DNA from: Promethearchaeota archaeon
GTDB taxonomy: Archaea > Asgardarchaeota > Thorarchaeia > Thorarchaeales > Thorarchaeaceae
DNA length: 41,744 nucleotides
Direction: 5' to 3'
Assembly: GCA_048939765.1 (NCBI GenBank)
Contig: JBHLPF010000033.1
Span: forward strand, 1 to 41,744
Shown: piece by piece, positions 9,764 to 19,136 of the stretch
How the letters are laid out: each line of letters starts with the position of its first letter
How positions within the stretch are numbered: position 1 is the first letter of the stretch
Notes under the pieces: model-generated
Told to the model about the DNA's origin: nothing
The model's database searches: none
The model's input: only the letters and a program-made list of their open reading frames with translations
Translations under genes and position numbers: made by a program

Positions 9764-9766
9764 ATA

Positions 9767-11071
9767 TTGAGTAAGGATAGGACTGATCTGAATGCTGAGG
9801 CCGAGCCTATTCCTTTCACAGCACGTCTCATAGCACTACACCGGGCCATTGAAAGCAAGCGAAAGGATGCCCTCTTCACTGACCCCTTTGCGGAACGTCT
9901 TGCCGGGGATATGTCCGAATACAGAGAAAAGCATAGGCGGACAGCTGCTGCGAGCGATGCTGCCGTAGTGCGAACTTACTTCATAGACCAGACTCTTTTG
10001 GAACCTTGGTGCAAGAAACATATAGAATCGCAGATTGTCATTCTTGGAGCTGGTCTTGACGCCCGTGCTTACCGATTTCTTCCACTCAGAAACAATACTC
10101 ATACAGTCTTCGAGATTGACTTTGAGGTTGTGAATAATTACAAAGCAAGGAAATTGAAGGATGAAACTCCACTATGCATTCTGAGACGCGTTTCCACAGA
10201 CTTAGCTAGAACTGATCTGACTGAGCATTTGTTGAAAAGCGGATATTCCAAAGAAATTCCTACATTCTGGATTCTCGAAGGACTCGTCTATTATCTTCCG
10301 CGAAACATTGTATTGCGCCTTCTTAAAGCACTTGCAGAGTTGAGTGCAGATGATAGTATGCTATTCGCTGATGTTTGCAATCCAGGACTCGCTGAACTAG
10401 ACTACGGGGCGTTTACAAGGCACTTTGAATGGGGTATCGATATGGAAGAAATTCCTGCGCTCTTTTCTTCCTCCGGTTGGGATGTTTCAGCATCATATCT
10501 CGATGACCATGATCATGGACGGGATGTTGGACAGAGGGGTCTGATGCTTGTCCATGGCAAGCGGAAAGACACACTAGAATTTTGGGAGTACACCGATGAA
10601 GAAGCAGTAAAGGCAGTTTCTACTGAATCAGTATCTGATCCCCATTTGCGGGATTTTGCTTTGAAAGCGAGTGCAAAGTCTGTTCCAGACATTGAGGAGA
10701 TTATTCAGCTTACCACTGAAAATCTCGATGCGGGTCTGAAGAAATACATCCAGTTTTTGAGGAATATTGAGTCTGCTGTTAGGAGAATTTCCTCGGCCTT
10801 GAGTGATCCGATATCATTAGGACAAATCTCCCCACGATTGCTAAAGAGCCCACTCTCCACCGGAATCGAATCAGAAGAATGGTCTACAGAAGAAGTGGAA
10901 TCGCACATGATTGGCTATCTTAGAGCTATCATCTCCCTCCTATATTGTGGGATTAAAGGGTTAGAAGGATGGCAATTCTCTGACACACCTGTGCAAAGAG
11001 CGGGTCAGAGTATTCGAAGTGTCAGAGAAATCAGTGACCTCCTGGAATTCATCAAAAGGACTAGTGGATGA
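9767..11071 (+). CDS. SAM-dependent methyltransferase, LCM (leucine carboxyl methyltransferase)/TIGR00027 family, with ~170-aa C-terminal extension
   Basis: TA...A..RA.E, LFTDPFAERLAG, VRTYFID, QIVILGAGLDARAYR, VFEID, WILEGLVYYL. Confidence 0.85.
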   Translation: MSKDRTDLNAEAEPIPFTARLIALHRAIESKRKDALFTDPFAERLAGDMSEYREKHRRTAAASDAAVVRTYFIDQTLLEPWCKKHIESQIVILGAGLDARAYRFLPLRNNTHTVFEIDFEVVNNYKARKLKDETPLCILRRVSTDLARTDLTEHLLKSGYSKEIPTFWILEGLVYYLPRNIVLRLLKALAELSADDSMLFADVCNPGLAELDYGAFTRHFEWGIDMEEIPALFSSSGWDVSASYLDDHDHGRDVGQRGLMLVHGKRKDTLEFWEYTDEEAVKAVSTESVSDPHLRDFALKASAKSVPDIEEIIQLTTENLDAGLKKYIQFLRNIESAVRRISSALSDPISLGQISPRLLKSPLSTGIESEEWSTEEVESHMIGYLRAIISLLYCGIKGLEGWQFSDTPVQRAGQSIRSVREISDLLEFIKRTSG

Positions 11072-12915
11072 AAATGGCTGAAGTTGATGCAAATCGCTTG
11101 AGATGGAAAATCATAGAAACTGTAAGTGATTTCCTCAAAGAGCACTTTGACGTTGAAGCTAAGGAACTAGAAGAGAAGTTCACCCAGCAATATGAATCAT
11201 TGATTCAGCAAAACGAGCCAAGAGAAACCACTGACATCGCTGGCCTTCATCTTCTCATTAAGCAGTTCAGAGCTGCTCTAAGCACCATCCTCGAACCCGG
11301 TGCGAATTTTGACAGACTGATGGGTCTTGTCAGTCCAATTCTCAATTCAGCACTTTCCAGTGCTGAACACCATAAGCTGAAAGAAACCCTGAAGGCTCAG
11401 GAAGCCGCCAAACCTAGACCCGCACCAAAGGGCATTCTGGTTCCGAAATACGACAGCTCCGAGAATCTAGAGCTTCTGAGCGTGGGTATCGATATTGGCT
11501 CCTCGACTTCGCACCTTGTCTTCTCCCGACTTCATCTCAATAGAGAGAGAAGCTTTCTCAATCCCACAAACCGGTTCATGTTAACTGACAGAGAGATTAT
11601 CTACGAGAGTGAAATCATATTTACTCCGCTTCTTGATAGGTTCACAATCGACATTGAATCGATAATCGAATTCTGTGAAGAGGAATACAGGATAGCCGGC
11701 ATAACACCAGAGATGGTGGAATCCGGGGCTGTGATCGTCACCGGTGAGACCGCTAAGAAACAGAATGCGGAGGAGATTGTTCGACGCCTAGCCTCCAAGT
11801 CTGGAAAATTCGTTAGTGCAGCAGCAGGGCCCAATTATGAGAGTGTTCTCGGTGCAATGGGCAGCGGCATTGTCGACCTGTCTCGAGAGAGTAAGCGAAC
11901 TATAATGAACGTGGACATAGGTGGAGGAACCAGCAATATTGCCATAGCCTCCAATGGCGATGTTCTGAGTACAGCTTGCATCAATGTAGGTGGACGTCTG
12001 TTAGGGATAGACAAGGACTTCAGAATCTGGCGAATCGATGAGCCCACTAACTTCCTCATGCAAGAACTTGGCATGGATTACAAGTTGTATGATATCATTT
12101 CCGAGGAAGATGCTAGGCTAATTGCTCGTGAGTATGCAAAGGCACTGATTGAGGTAATGAGAGGTCCTGCAACAAGTCGCATTGCTAAGGAGCTCATGAT
12201 GACTGACGATTTGGGCTTTTCAATCAAGGTTGATGAATACTCCTTCTCAGGCGGCATCGCAGAAATCTACTACGGTGGCGAGGAAACGTTCGATGACATA
12301 GGACATTTCCTTGCTGAGGAACTCAAGACACTGGTTGACGATTTTGGTCTGAAGTTTGTGGAGCCGGCAAACAAAATCAGGGCTACCGTCATAGGTGCCG
12401 GAGCATTCACACTCTCAGTATCAGGATCAACCTGTTATTTTGACAAGAGCATTGAATTTCCAATCACTAATGTTCCTGTGTTGCCAATCAATGTGACAAC
12501 CGAGAACTATAGGCCTGGGAGAGTCGAGGCAGAAGTTGCTCGCGCTTTCACCAAATACGACCTGAAGGAAGGTGAAGAAGTTGTCGCCTTATACTTCAAA
12601 GACTCGCTTTACAGGTCTTACTCATGGCTTCAGGAATTTGTCGGGGCTATTGAAGATTCCCTCCCAAAAACGGTAGCCAACAAGAAGATGGTGATTCTGC
12701 TCTTTCAGAGTGATATTGGCAAAATGGTCGGACTCGCAACCCGTCAAGAGACATCGATCCAGCACAATCTCATTAGTCTTGATGAGTTGAATCTGGAAGA
12801 AGGAGACTGGATTGACATTGGTGCTCCCCTTCACAATGGTACGGTATTTCCAGTTACTGTGAAGAGTCTTGTGTTTAACAAGAGCAAAGAGTATTCCATC
12901 TCAAATCATCTATAG
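11068..12915 (+). CDS. eutA: Second EutA-like ASKHA ATPase with ~135-aa N-terminal extension
   Basis: Same EutA motifs as 7706..9763. ATGA overlap with the methyltransferase stop. Confidence 0.88.
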   Translation: MKMAEVDANRLRWKIIETVSDFLKEHFDVEAKELEEKFTQQYESLIQQNEPRETTDIAGLHLLIKQFRAALSTILEPGANFDRLMGLVSPILNSALSSAEHHKLKETLKAQEAAKPRPAPKGILVPKYDSSENLELLSVGIDIGSSTSHLVFSRLHLNRERSFLNPTNRFMLTDREIIYESEIIFTPLLDRFTIDIESIIEFCEEEYRIAGITPEMVESGAVIVTGETAKKQNAEEIVRRLASKSGKFVSAAAGPNYESVLGAMGSGIVDLSRESKRTIMNVDIGGGTSNIAIASNGDVLSTACINVGGRLLGIDKDFRIWRIDEPTNFLMQELGMDYKLYDIISEEDARLIAREYAKALIEVMRGPATSRIAKELMMTDDLGFSIKVDEYSFSGGIAEIYYGGEETFDDIGHFLAEELKTLVDDFGLKFVEPANKIRATVIGAGAFTLSVSGSTCYFDKSIEFPITNVPVLPINVTTENYRPGRVEAEVARAFTKYDLKEGEEVVALYFKDSLYRSYSWLQEFVGAIEDSLPKTVANKKMVILLFQSDIGKMVGLATRQETSIQHNLISLDELNLEEGDWIDIGAPLHNGTVFPVTVKSLVFNKSKEYSISNHL

Positions 12916-12975
12916 GATTCGTATGTTACATACTGCAGAATGTCCGGCATTTCGATCAGATTCTCCGAGCTAAAA

Positions 12976-13404
12976 TCATTCCGGTATTATTGGGGACTCT
13001 CCATTATAGCCCACGAACAATAGGACGATAAATGGACCAATGATCATAAGATCGAACGCACCAAAGGGTAGAAAGAACCAAACTGCGACTATTGAAACTC
13101 CAGTAATAAAAAGGGCAGTCCAGACTCCCTTTACCTTATTCTGTAGAATCCAATATCCTGACAATAATCGAAGACTTGTGATGAAGGCAAAAATGGGAAT
13201 GAAAATGACTGGCATTGTTTCTATGAGTCTTCCAACCTCAGTGTCAACACTCACCAATAGCATGTAGAGATTGGGAATTACACCTACCGATATTAGACTA
13301 ATAGCAAACGTGTCAATTAGCTCGAATAATCCATAGGCCAGTTGAATATAACCAGCCCAACAAAGCGCCCTGTTATTCTTGATTGATGCGTGAGCCTCGA
13401 AAAT
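12976..13404 (-). CDS. Hypothetical membrane protein, probable non-canonical ATT start
   Basis: Frame stays open 47 codons upstream of the track's ATG 13263 (FEAHASIKNNRALCWAGYIQLAYGLFELIDTFAISLISVGVIPNLY-M). AAGGAGGA SD at 13411-13418 lies 6 nt before ATT 13404; an in-frame TAA bounds the frame at the SD. Confidence 0.65.
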   Translation of the reverse strand: MFEAHASIKNNRALCWAGYIQLAYGLFELIDTFAISLISVGVIPNLYMLLVSVDTEVGRLIETMPVIFIPIFAFITSLRLLSGYWILQNKVKGVWTALFITGVSIVAVWFFLPFGAFDLMIIGPFIVLLFVGYNGESPIIPE

Positions 13405-13526
13405 AGAAATTCCTCCTTAGATAGTGAGTCGCAAACAATACTGACTGAGTATTCATTATCGTGAGCAATTTAAGGAAATTGTGTCATGGTTGAGAAACAC
13501 AGTCAGTCAGTCTATGAGGTGTATAT

Positions 13527-14048
13527 TTGATGACAGCAGATTGGGTAGAGTGGGTAAACTCGCAACTTGGCGCCGCAATTGAAATGCTTGCAAATGCAAT
13601 GAAATACGCCAGCGATGAAGTTTGGGACAATCCAAGTGATGAAAGGCGTTTTTGGAATATAGCATATCATACAATCTACTTCTTGGATGTTTATCTATCG
13701 GATTTCGATCCCGAAATAACCAATGTAGAAGGACAGTATGAAGTACCAGCATATTTGGAAAAATGGGGAGAAGCATTTGATTTTGATGAGGTTCATGAGC
13801 CTGCTATATCAAAGGAAGTCCTGCAAAGATTCTTTGAAGAAACACGTAGTAAATTGAGATCTCGGTTTGCGGAAGGTATTATTGAAAATCAAGTTGAAGA
13901 GAAAGCGACCTCATGGTTAGAAATGTCAAAAGGATCTGTCCTACTATATAATATGAGACACATAATGCAACATGTTGGGCATCTTAATGACATATTGAGG
14001 GAGCATGGTCTGCCAACAAGTGGGTGGCTAGGACTAGCTCCGATTTAG
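13527..14048 (+). CDS. DinB-family protein
   Basis: FWNIAYH and MRHIMQHVGHL metal-binding histidines; GAGGTG SD. Confidence 0.85.
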   Translation: MMTADWVEWVNSQLGAAIEMLANAMKYASDEVWDNPSDERRFWNIAYHTIYFLDVYLSDFDPEITNVEGQYEVPAYLEKWGEAFDFDEVHEPAISKEVLQRFFEETRSKLRSRFAEGIIENQVEEKATSWLEMSKGSVLLYNMRHIMQHVGHLNDILREHGLPTSGWLGLAPI

Positions 14049-14195
14049 GCACTCTCACAAACCAGGTCAATATACAACGCACGAAAATCAATAGACTTCA
14101 TCAAGTTGGAAACTCAGATTCTTGAATTCCAGATTCCAATGAAAATAAATGAAAGAGGAGATGAATGTCCGAAATGATTCAATATTGAAGCGAGT

Positions 14196-14756
14196 TTGGT
14201 AAACTATGGAGGGATTCCGTTGATTGATATGTGGCCATTATTTAGGATTGCTTCAGCCATTATATTGATCTGCGCAATCATTCTTGCTTTCTCAATACTC
14301 TGGCCTTTAGCTGTGAAGGGTGCAGGATGGACGCCAACTCCACGAGAAACCGTCCGACGAATGCTACAACTAGCCAGGGTGACACCAGACGATACAGTCG
14401 TGGATCTAGGATCCGGAGATGGACGAATAATCATCATGGCAGCGAAAGAGTTCGGAGCCAATGCAATTGGAATTGAAATAGACCCGCTTCGTTTTATATG
14501 GTCAAAGTGGAATGTCCGACGAAGTGGGTCGTACGACAAAGTGCAATTAGTTAGAGGGAACTTTTTCACTCTGGAGTTCTCGGAAGCTACAGTAGTGACC
14601 TTGTTTCAGAGGATAGGTACAAACAATTGGTTGAAAGCGAAGCTGACTAGCGAGCTAAATCCAGGAACACGAGTAGTATCTTATTGCCATCTCATTGAGG
14701 GTTGGTCGCCGGTCGAGGCAGTTGAAGACCCTGACATCTATCTATACACAATTTGA
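14196..14756 (+). CDS. Class I SAM-dependent methyltransferase with N-terminal TM helix (FAM173/aKMT-like)
   Basis: WTPTP, VVDLGSGDGR, GIEIDP, EATVVTLF, PGTRVVSY. Start may be ATG 14229. Confidence 0.85.
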   Translation: MVNYGGIPLIDMWPLFRIASAIILICAIILAFSILWPLAVKGAGWTPTPRETVRRMLQLARVTPDDTVVDLGSGDGRIIIMAAKEFGANAIGIEIDPLRFIWSKWNVRRSGSYDKVQLVRGNFFTLEFSEATVVTLFQRIGTNNWLKAKLTSELNPGTRVVSYCHLIEGWSPVEAVEDPDIYLYTI

Positions 14757-14759
14757 GCT

Positions 14760-15302
14760 TCAAATCCAGCGTCTGACGCGTTTCTTGAATTCTCGATACT
14801 CATCCCCAAATTCCTCTTCCAGAATGGTCTCTTCCCTCTTGATGAAGACATATCTGAAGACAACGTAGGTGAGAACAAGGAGGGCTGCAGTCACCATGCT
14901 ACTCAGAAATACCGCCAATCCGAAAAGCGCCACGAGACATCCCAGATATAGGGGGTTTCGCGAAAATCTGTAAGGTCCCGCTAGGACTAGTGTTTCAGGT
15001 CTCTGCATAGGTTCCCTATTTCTTAGACTTAATCTTCCCACGTAAAGCAGGGTGTAATTCGCCCAGATTATTAAGAGCATGCCTATAGGAATGAATAGGA
15101 TTCCAATGAGATTGTAGGGTTGAGGAATTATGTCCACCGGAAAGGTGAATATGTCTACAAGAATCTGTGTATCTACATTGAATATGAGAAACGGAGCAAA
15201 GAGAATATAGGAAATAATTGTTGAAAGAACTAAAATCCACAACCCTTGCACGATTATCGTGCCACGAGGGTATCTTTCTTTCATCTCTTCATAGTCGACC
15301 AT
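14760..15302 (-). CDS. ICMT/PEMT-family membrane methyltransferase
   Basis: LVLAGPYRFSRNPLYLG and EE..LEEEFGDEYREFKKRVRRW. Confidence 0.88.
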   Translation of the reverse strand: MVDYEEMKERYPRGTIIVQGLWILVLSTIISYILFAPFLIFNVDTQILVDIFTFPVDIIPQPYNLIGILFIPIGMLLIIWANYTLLYVGRLSLRNREPMQRPETLVLAGPYRFSRNPLYLGCLVALFGLAVFLSSMVTAALLVLTYVVFRYVFIKREETILEEEFGDEYREFKKRVRRWI

Positions 15303-15327
15303 TCAAACACCAGGTGCCTGTTTCAGA

Positions 15328-15894
15328 TTATGGACTCTCCAATTCTAGAACATAATGGATTGACTCGATAAGCCTCTTCTTTGTTGCTCCAATGTGCTCT
15401 GCAAGCTTAATCAATCGTGGATCTTCTGTGTCTGCAATGAAACTATGCTCTTTGTATCGACGGACTTCATAGTTGTGAATATCAAAAACTGAAAAAGCGT
15501 CGGCTAGCGCTCTTCTCAGTTGAGGCTCAATTCTATCCGGAATGCCTGTTCCCTTGACTGCGGTCCAAGTTGCTGAGTGAAGCTCATCTATAGTATCCCG
15601 ACCAGCTAACTCCATAATCTCCTCTAATTCTGCGATTAACTCATTCTTGACCCAATTCGCTCTCGATTCTGCCCTATTAGCTCCGAATGCTTCACCAAGT
15701 GCTATAGCAATAAGTACGCCAAAGAACGTGGCAATCAGCTCGATGATCAATGGTTCAGTGGGCAAAAAATCACGGATGAGAATTGTTACTGAGGCGACAA
15801 GTACCAACATGAAGGCCCCAATAAGCCACCAGTACGACTCTCGCATACTTTCTCGATTCTCTTCGCTCCTAATCAGTATTCTTCTTTGCCTCAT
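15328..15894 (-). CDS. Hypothetical protein, two TM helices plus helical soluble domain
   Basis: 188-aa ORF filling the gap with coherent composition; start may be ATG 15846. Confidence 0.65.
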   Translation of the reverse strand: MRQRRILIRSEENRESMRESYWWLIGAFMLVLVASVTILIRDFLPTEPLIIELIATFFGVLIAIALGEAFGANRAESRANWVKNELIAELEEIMELAGRDTIDELHSATWTAVKGTGIPDRIEPQLRRALADAFSVFDIHNYEVRRYKEHSFIADTEDPRLIKLAEHIGATKKRLIESIHYVLELESP

Positions 15895-16034
15895 CCCACA
15901 TCTGGTTGAACTTCTCTGTCAATTCAGCGGCAAACTTCCTTTACCATACGTAGATTGCCGCGAAGTACTCTCTTGTATCAATGGGGTTCCTAGAAAATGG
16001 TATTTAAGCCAGACATGAGACCTGAGAATCTAAT

Positions 16035-17390
16035 TTGAAGATTCATTACTATTCGCGGCTCAGAGCAAGGGAATTCACTGGGCTGTCCACGTTCCAATTT
16101 CTCGCTTTCTTCAGAAGGTCGATAGTATATACTTTTTTGTCAATCTATCTGAGGTCCCTGGGTCTCTCGACAACAGAAGTCACATTGATGGCGACTGTGG
16201 GAATGATCGGCAATACTCTCGCGCAGTCATTGCTCTGGGGCAATCTACTAGATAAGTACCGAAGACCTACCGAGTTCGTTGTCGCGGGAGAATTCTTTGC
16301 AGGAGTCGCACACATCTTCATGGTTCTTGGGTATATGTTCTTTCTTGGATTGAATCAGTTAATCATCGCTGGTTATGTCATAATCTTCAGTCTAGGCGGA
16401 ATCGAAGTCTTCTGGAGTATGTCAAATGTTGGATGGTCAGCGCTGATATCCGAATTGACTGAGGATGATGAAAGGAAGCAGCTAATGGGCCAATTCTCAA
16501 TAATTGGAGGATTTGGAGGAATCGGCGGTGCCCTTCTTGGAGGCATTCTCTATGAAAATGGCATAGGATTCGCCAGTGGAATCATCTTCATTATTGCTGC
16601 TGTTGTCATGATATTCTCAAGCATCATTGTCTACTTTTCAGTCAGGTTGGGAAGGGATGATGAGTCACAGGAATCTGATGATGAGTCCTCAGAGAGCTTC
16701 TCACTCAGTGATCTTCCTTCACAACTTCGCATGGGATACCTCATCTTCATAGTTGCCTTGGTATTCATCAATTTTGGAAGGAACTCTATAGCAATCATAA
16801 CGGCCCTATTTGTCCAGGATCCAACAGGTTTCAACGCGACTGGAATAGAGATTGCACTCTATAGCAATGTCAGAAGTGTTGCATCCATGATAGCTGGCTT
16901 GCTGATTGGATCGGTCGTTGCAAAAACTGATGATAACAGAGTAATGGTATCTGGAGTTGCCTTGTCCATTGCCGGTATTTCTTGGTTAATCGTCGCCCCG
17001 ACATTCTCCTTGGCTCTATTGGCATCTTTTCTCAGGGGAGCATCTGAGGTTATCATTAATGCATCAAGCTATTCCATTGTAGCTAGAATGACGCCTAAAG
17101 AGTACCGTGGCAGATTGTTTGCTTATTACAATGCAACTTTCTTCCTTAGTTGGGGTATCGCAGCCACCCTGATTGCTGGACCAATTGCGGACATCCTCAT
17201 TGGTCAAGGATTTTCAAACGCGAATGCTTACAGAGGTAGTTTCGTTGCTGCTATCCTTCTCATCTTCATTGGAGTTGCTATTCTCTTGTATTCCTATAGG
17301 TACATCCGAAAACACAATCTATACAAGTTCAACGAAGTCGAGGTCCCACCTATTGATTCTGAGATAGACTCTCGATACGAAGCTCTATAA
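16035..17390 (+). CDS. MFS transporter
   Basis: About 12 TM segments; WGNLLDKYRR (motif A-like), PKEYRGR. Confidence 0.88.
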   Translation: MKIHYYSRLRAREFTGLSTFQFLAFFRRSIVYTFLSIYLRSLGLSTTEVTLMATVGMIGNTLAQSLLWGNLLDKYRRPTEFVVAGEFFAGVAHIFMVLGYMFFLGLNQLIIAGYVIIFSLGGIEVFWSMSNVGWSALISELTEDDERKQLMGQFSIIGGFGGIGGALLGGILYENGIGFASGIIFIIAAVVMIFSSIIVYFSVRLGRDDESQESDDESSESFSLSDLPSQLRMGYLIFIVALVFINFGRNSIAIITALFVQDPTGFNATGIEIALYSNVRSVASMIAGLLIGSVVAKTDDNRVMVSGVALSIAGISWLIVAPTFSLALLASFLRGASEVIINASSYSIVARMTPKEYRGRLFAYYNATFFLSWGIAATLIAGPIADILIGQGFSNANAYRGSFVAAILLIFIGVAILLYSYRYIRKHNLYKFNEVEVPPIDSEIDSRYEAL

Positions 17391-17453
17391 GCTGCATCCC
17401 TTTATTTAACAAATCATTTGATTTGCTTGGAACCTTGGAGGGAGTGATTTCCA

Positions 17454-18941
17454 ATGAAACCACTCGGCACAATCACAAAGTACTACCCGTTCATTGATGA
17501 GGAGTCGAAGTCTATGCTGAACTCTCTCATGGATGAGTCGAGTAGTTACTATGATTTCATGCTAGAGCTATGCGAATTCGTACTCGAGAATGAAGTTCCT
17601 ATTGACGTAGCGTATATTGCGGCGATGCAAGCATGGTGGACCCGGAGCGGGGATACCATGAGCAGAATTCAGCAGAAATACAGAGATTTCCCTTGCATAA
17701 GACCATGGGGATTTCGTTACGCCTCCACAATCAGTGACCAAGCGCGGTATCATGATGCTGTTGTTGAAGCCATAGATAGAGCAATTGAAACGTCTCCTCC
17801 TGATTGGATGTTGATCGAGTTTTACTTCCTTCATTCGAGGTTTCATCTCCCCATCTTCGGAGATATTCCAAGTCTACTTGAGCCTATTGAGATGGCAAAA
17901 GTCTTGATAGCCGCCAATCCTCTCCTGAGGTGCTTTGAGCCTCTAATTTGCTTCATCGAAGGCTGGGCAGAATTGCGTGAGGGACATAAGGAGAACTCTA
18001 TCGCTATCCACCAAAGGGGTTTGGAACTTGCCGAAGTCGATAATGATCCAGTAATTGCGTATGAGAATCTTAGCTGCCTAGCAAATGCTACGAAGTTCAT
18101 CAATATCAAAAAATCGCAAGAACTGTGGGAAGAAGTCTATGATTCGGTTCAGGATCTTGAAGTACCTTCCATAATAGGTGAGGTCCTGCATGATTCTGCT
18201 CTTGCGTTCGAAACCGCTGGTGAATATGATCTCGCAATCTCCAGCCTTCTTGAGTATATCGATGTGGGGAGCGTGGATGATACAGTTTGCCTCACTCTCT
18301 CCAGAATCTATGCAACTATGGGCAATGGCCAAAAGGCTCTCGAATGGATTGATCGAACCTTCGAATACGTAGGGTCTCTCACATTTCCAACATTATATCT
18401 CAGGAAAGCTTGGGCCTTAGTATTATTGAATAGACTGGAAGAAGCCGAAAGAAACCTAGATACTGCACACTCATTGATATTAAAGACAGGTCAAGAAATT
18501 CGATTGGCACGCTACTACCATGTTTCAGGAGTGCTCGAGCTAGCAAGAGGTGATCACTCGGCTGCAGTAGATTTTCTTGAAAAGTCCTATGAAATCATGG
18601 ACCGGTTTCAAGAAGGGCTATATCTGAACATCTCACTACTTGATTTGGTTCGAGCGGAGATTTCTCTTGCAGACCAATCCATAGATAGTACGGAGAGTGT
18701 TACACCAGGAACGTGGCTCACCAGGCTTGAGAAGTATGCAAGAAATCGCAACTTGCCAGGCATCAGAATGCAGGCCGCCCTGCTGAAGTCTGAATTCTAT
18801 CAGAAACATGGTCAGCTCAAGGATGCGCTAGGGACACTTGAAGATGCACTTGATATAACCGATTCTTTAGGAGTTAAGACACTCAGAAAGATGATTACAG
18901 ACCGAATAGCTGAGCTAGAACGACTTCTCAAAGAGGCATGA
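17454..18941 (+). CDS. TPR/helical-repeat protein, paralogue 1
   Basis: TPR-like units (GEYDLAI, GNGQKALEW, GDHSAAVDFLEKS, GQLKDALGTLEDAL); GGAGGGAGTG SD. Confidence 0.85.
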   Translation: MKPLGTITKYYPFIDEESKSMLNSLMDESSSYYDFMLELCEFVLENEVPIDVAYIAAMQAWWTRSGDTMSRIQQKYRDFPCIRPWGFRYASTISDQARYHDAVVEAIDRAIETSPPDWMLIEFYFLHSRFHLPIFGDIPSLLEPIEMAKVLIAANPLLRCFEPLICFIEGWAELREGHKENSIAIHQRGLELAEVDNDPVIAYENLSCLANATKFINIKKSQELWEEVYDSVQDLEVPSIIGEVLHDSALAFETAGEYDLAISSLLEYIDVGSVDDTVCLTLSRIYATMGNGQKALEWIDRTFEYVGSLTFPTLYLRKAWALVLLNRLEEAERNLDTAHSLILKTGQEIRLARYYHVSGVLELARGDHSAAVDFLEKSYEIMDRFQEGLYLNISLLDLVRAEISLADQSIDSTESVTPGTWLTRLEKYARNRNLPGIRMQAALLKSEFYQKHGQLKDALGTLEDALDITDSLGVKTLRKMITDRIAELERLLKEA

Positions 18942-18986
18942 TTTCATTCACCCAATCCGAGGGCTGCAATAGCCACTACATGCAAT

Positions 18987-19073
18987 ATCCGGAAAAGGCA
19001 GCTATGCAAATTCAACGAAATCAAAGTCCCACATCCTGATTTTGATACAGACTCTCGATACGAATCTCTATAA
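18987..19073 (+). pseudogene. Duplicated 3' tail of the MFS gene (28 codons plus stop)
   Basis: IRKRQLCKFNEIKVPHPDFDTDSRYESL* versus MFS end IRKHNLYKFNEVEVPPIDSEIDSRYEAL*. Offset of 1683 nt equals the TPR1-TPR2 start offset. Confidence 0.85.
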
Positions 19074-19136
19074 GCTTCATCTGTTTAATTAGCAGGTCAT
19101 TTGATTCGCTGGAGACACTGGAGGGAGTGATTTCCT

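Noticed and set aside
9761-9769. The eutA-1 TAG stop is in frame with the methyltransferase (possible pyrrolysine or readthrough fusion)
   Set aside because: An in-frame junction has a 1-in-3 chance, the EutA domain is complete before the stop, a GAGGGA SD precedes TTG 9767, and no pyl genes are in view.
7706-12915. EutA-like proteins as Asgard actin homologues
   Set aside because: They share only the ASKHA fold motifs; family-specific motifs are clearly EutA.
12921-12933. Palindrome GTATGT-T-ACATAC after eutA-2
   Set aside because: Short and weak, with no U-tract or second copy; cannot be called a terminator or operator.
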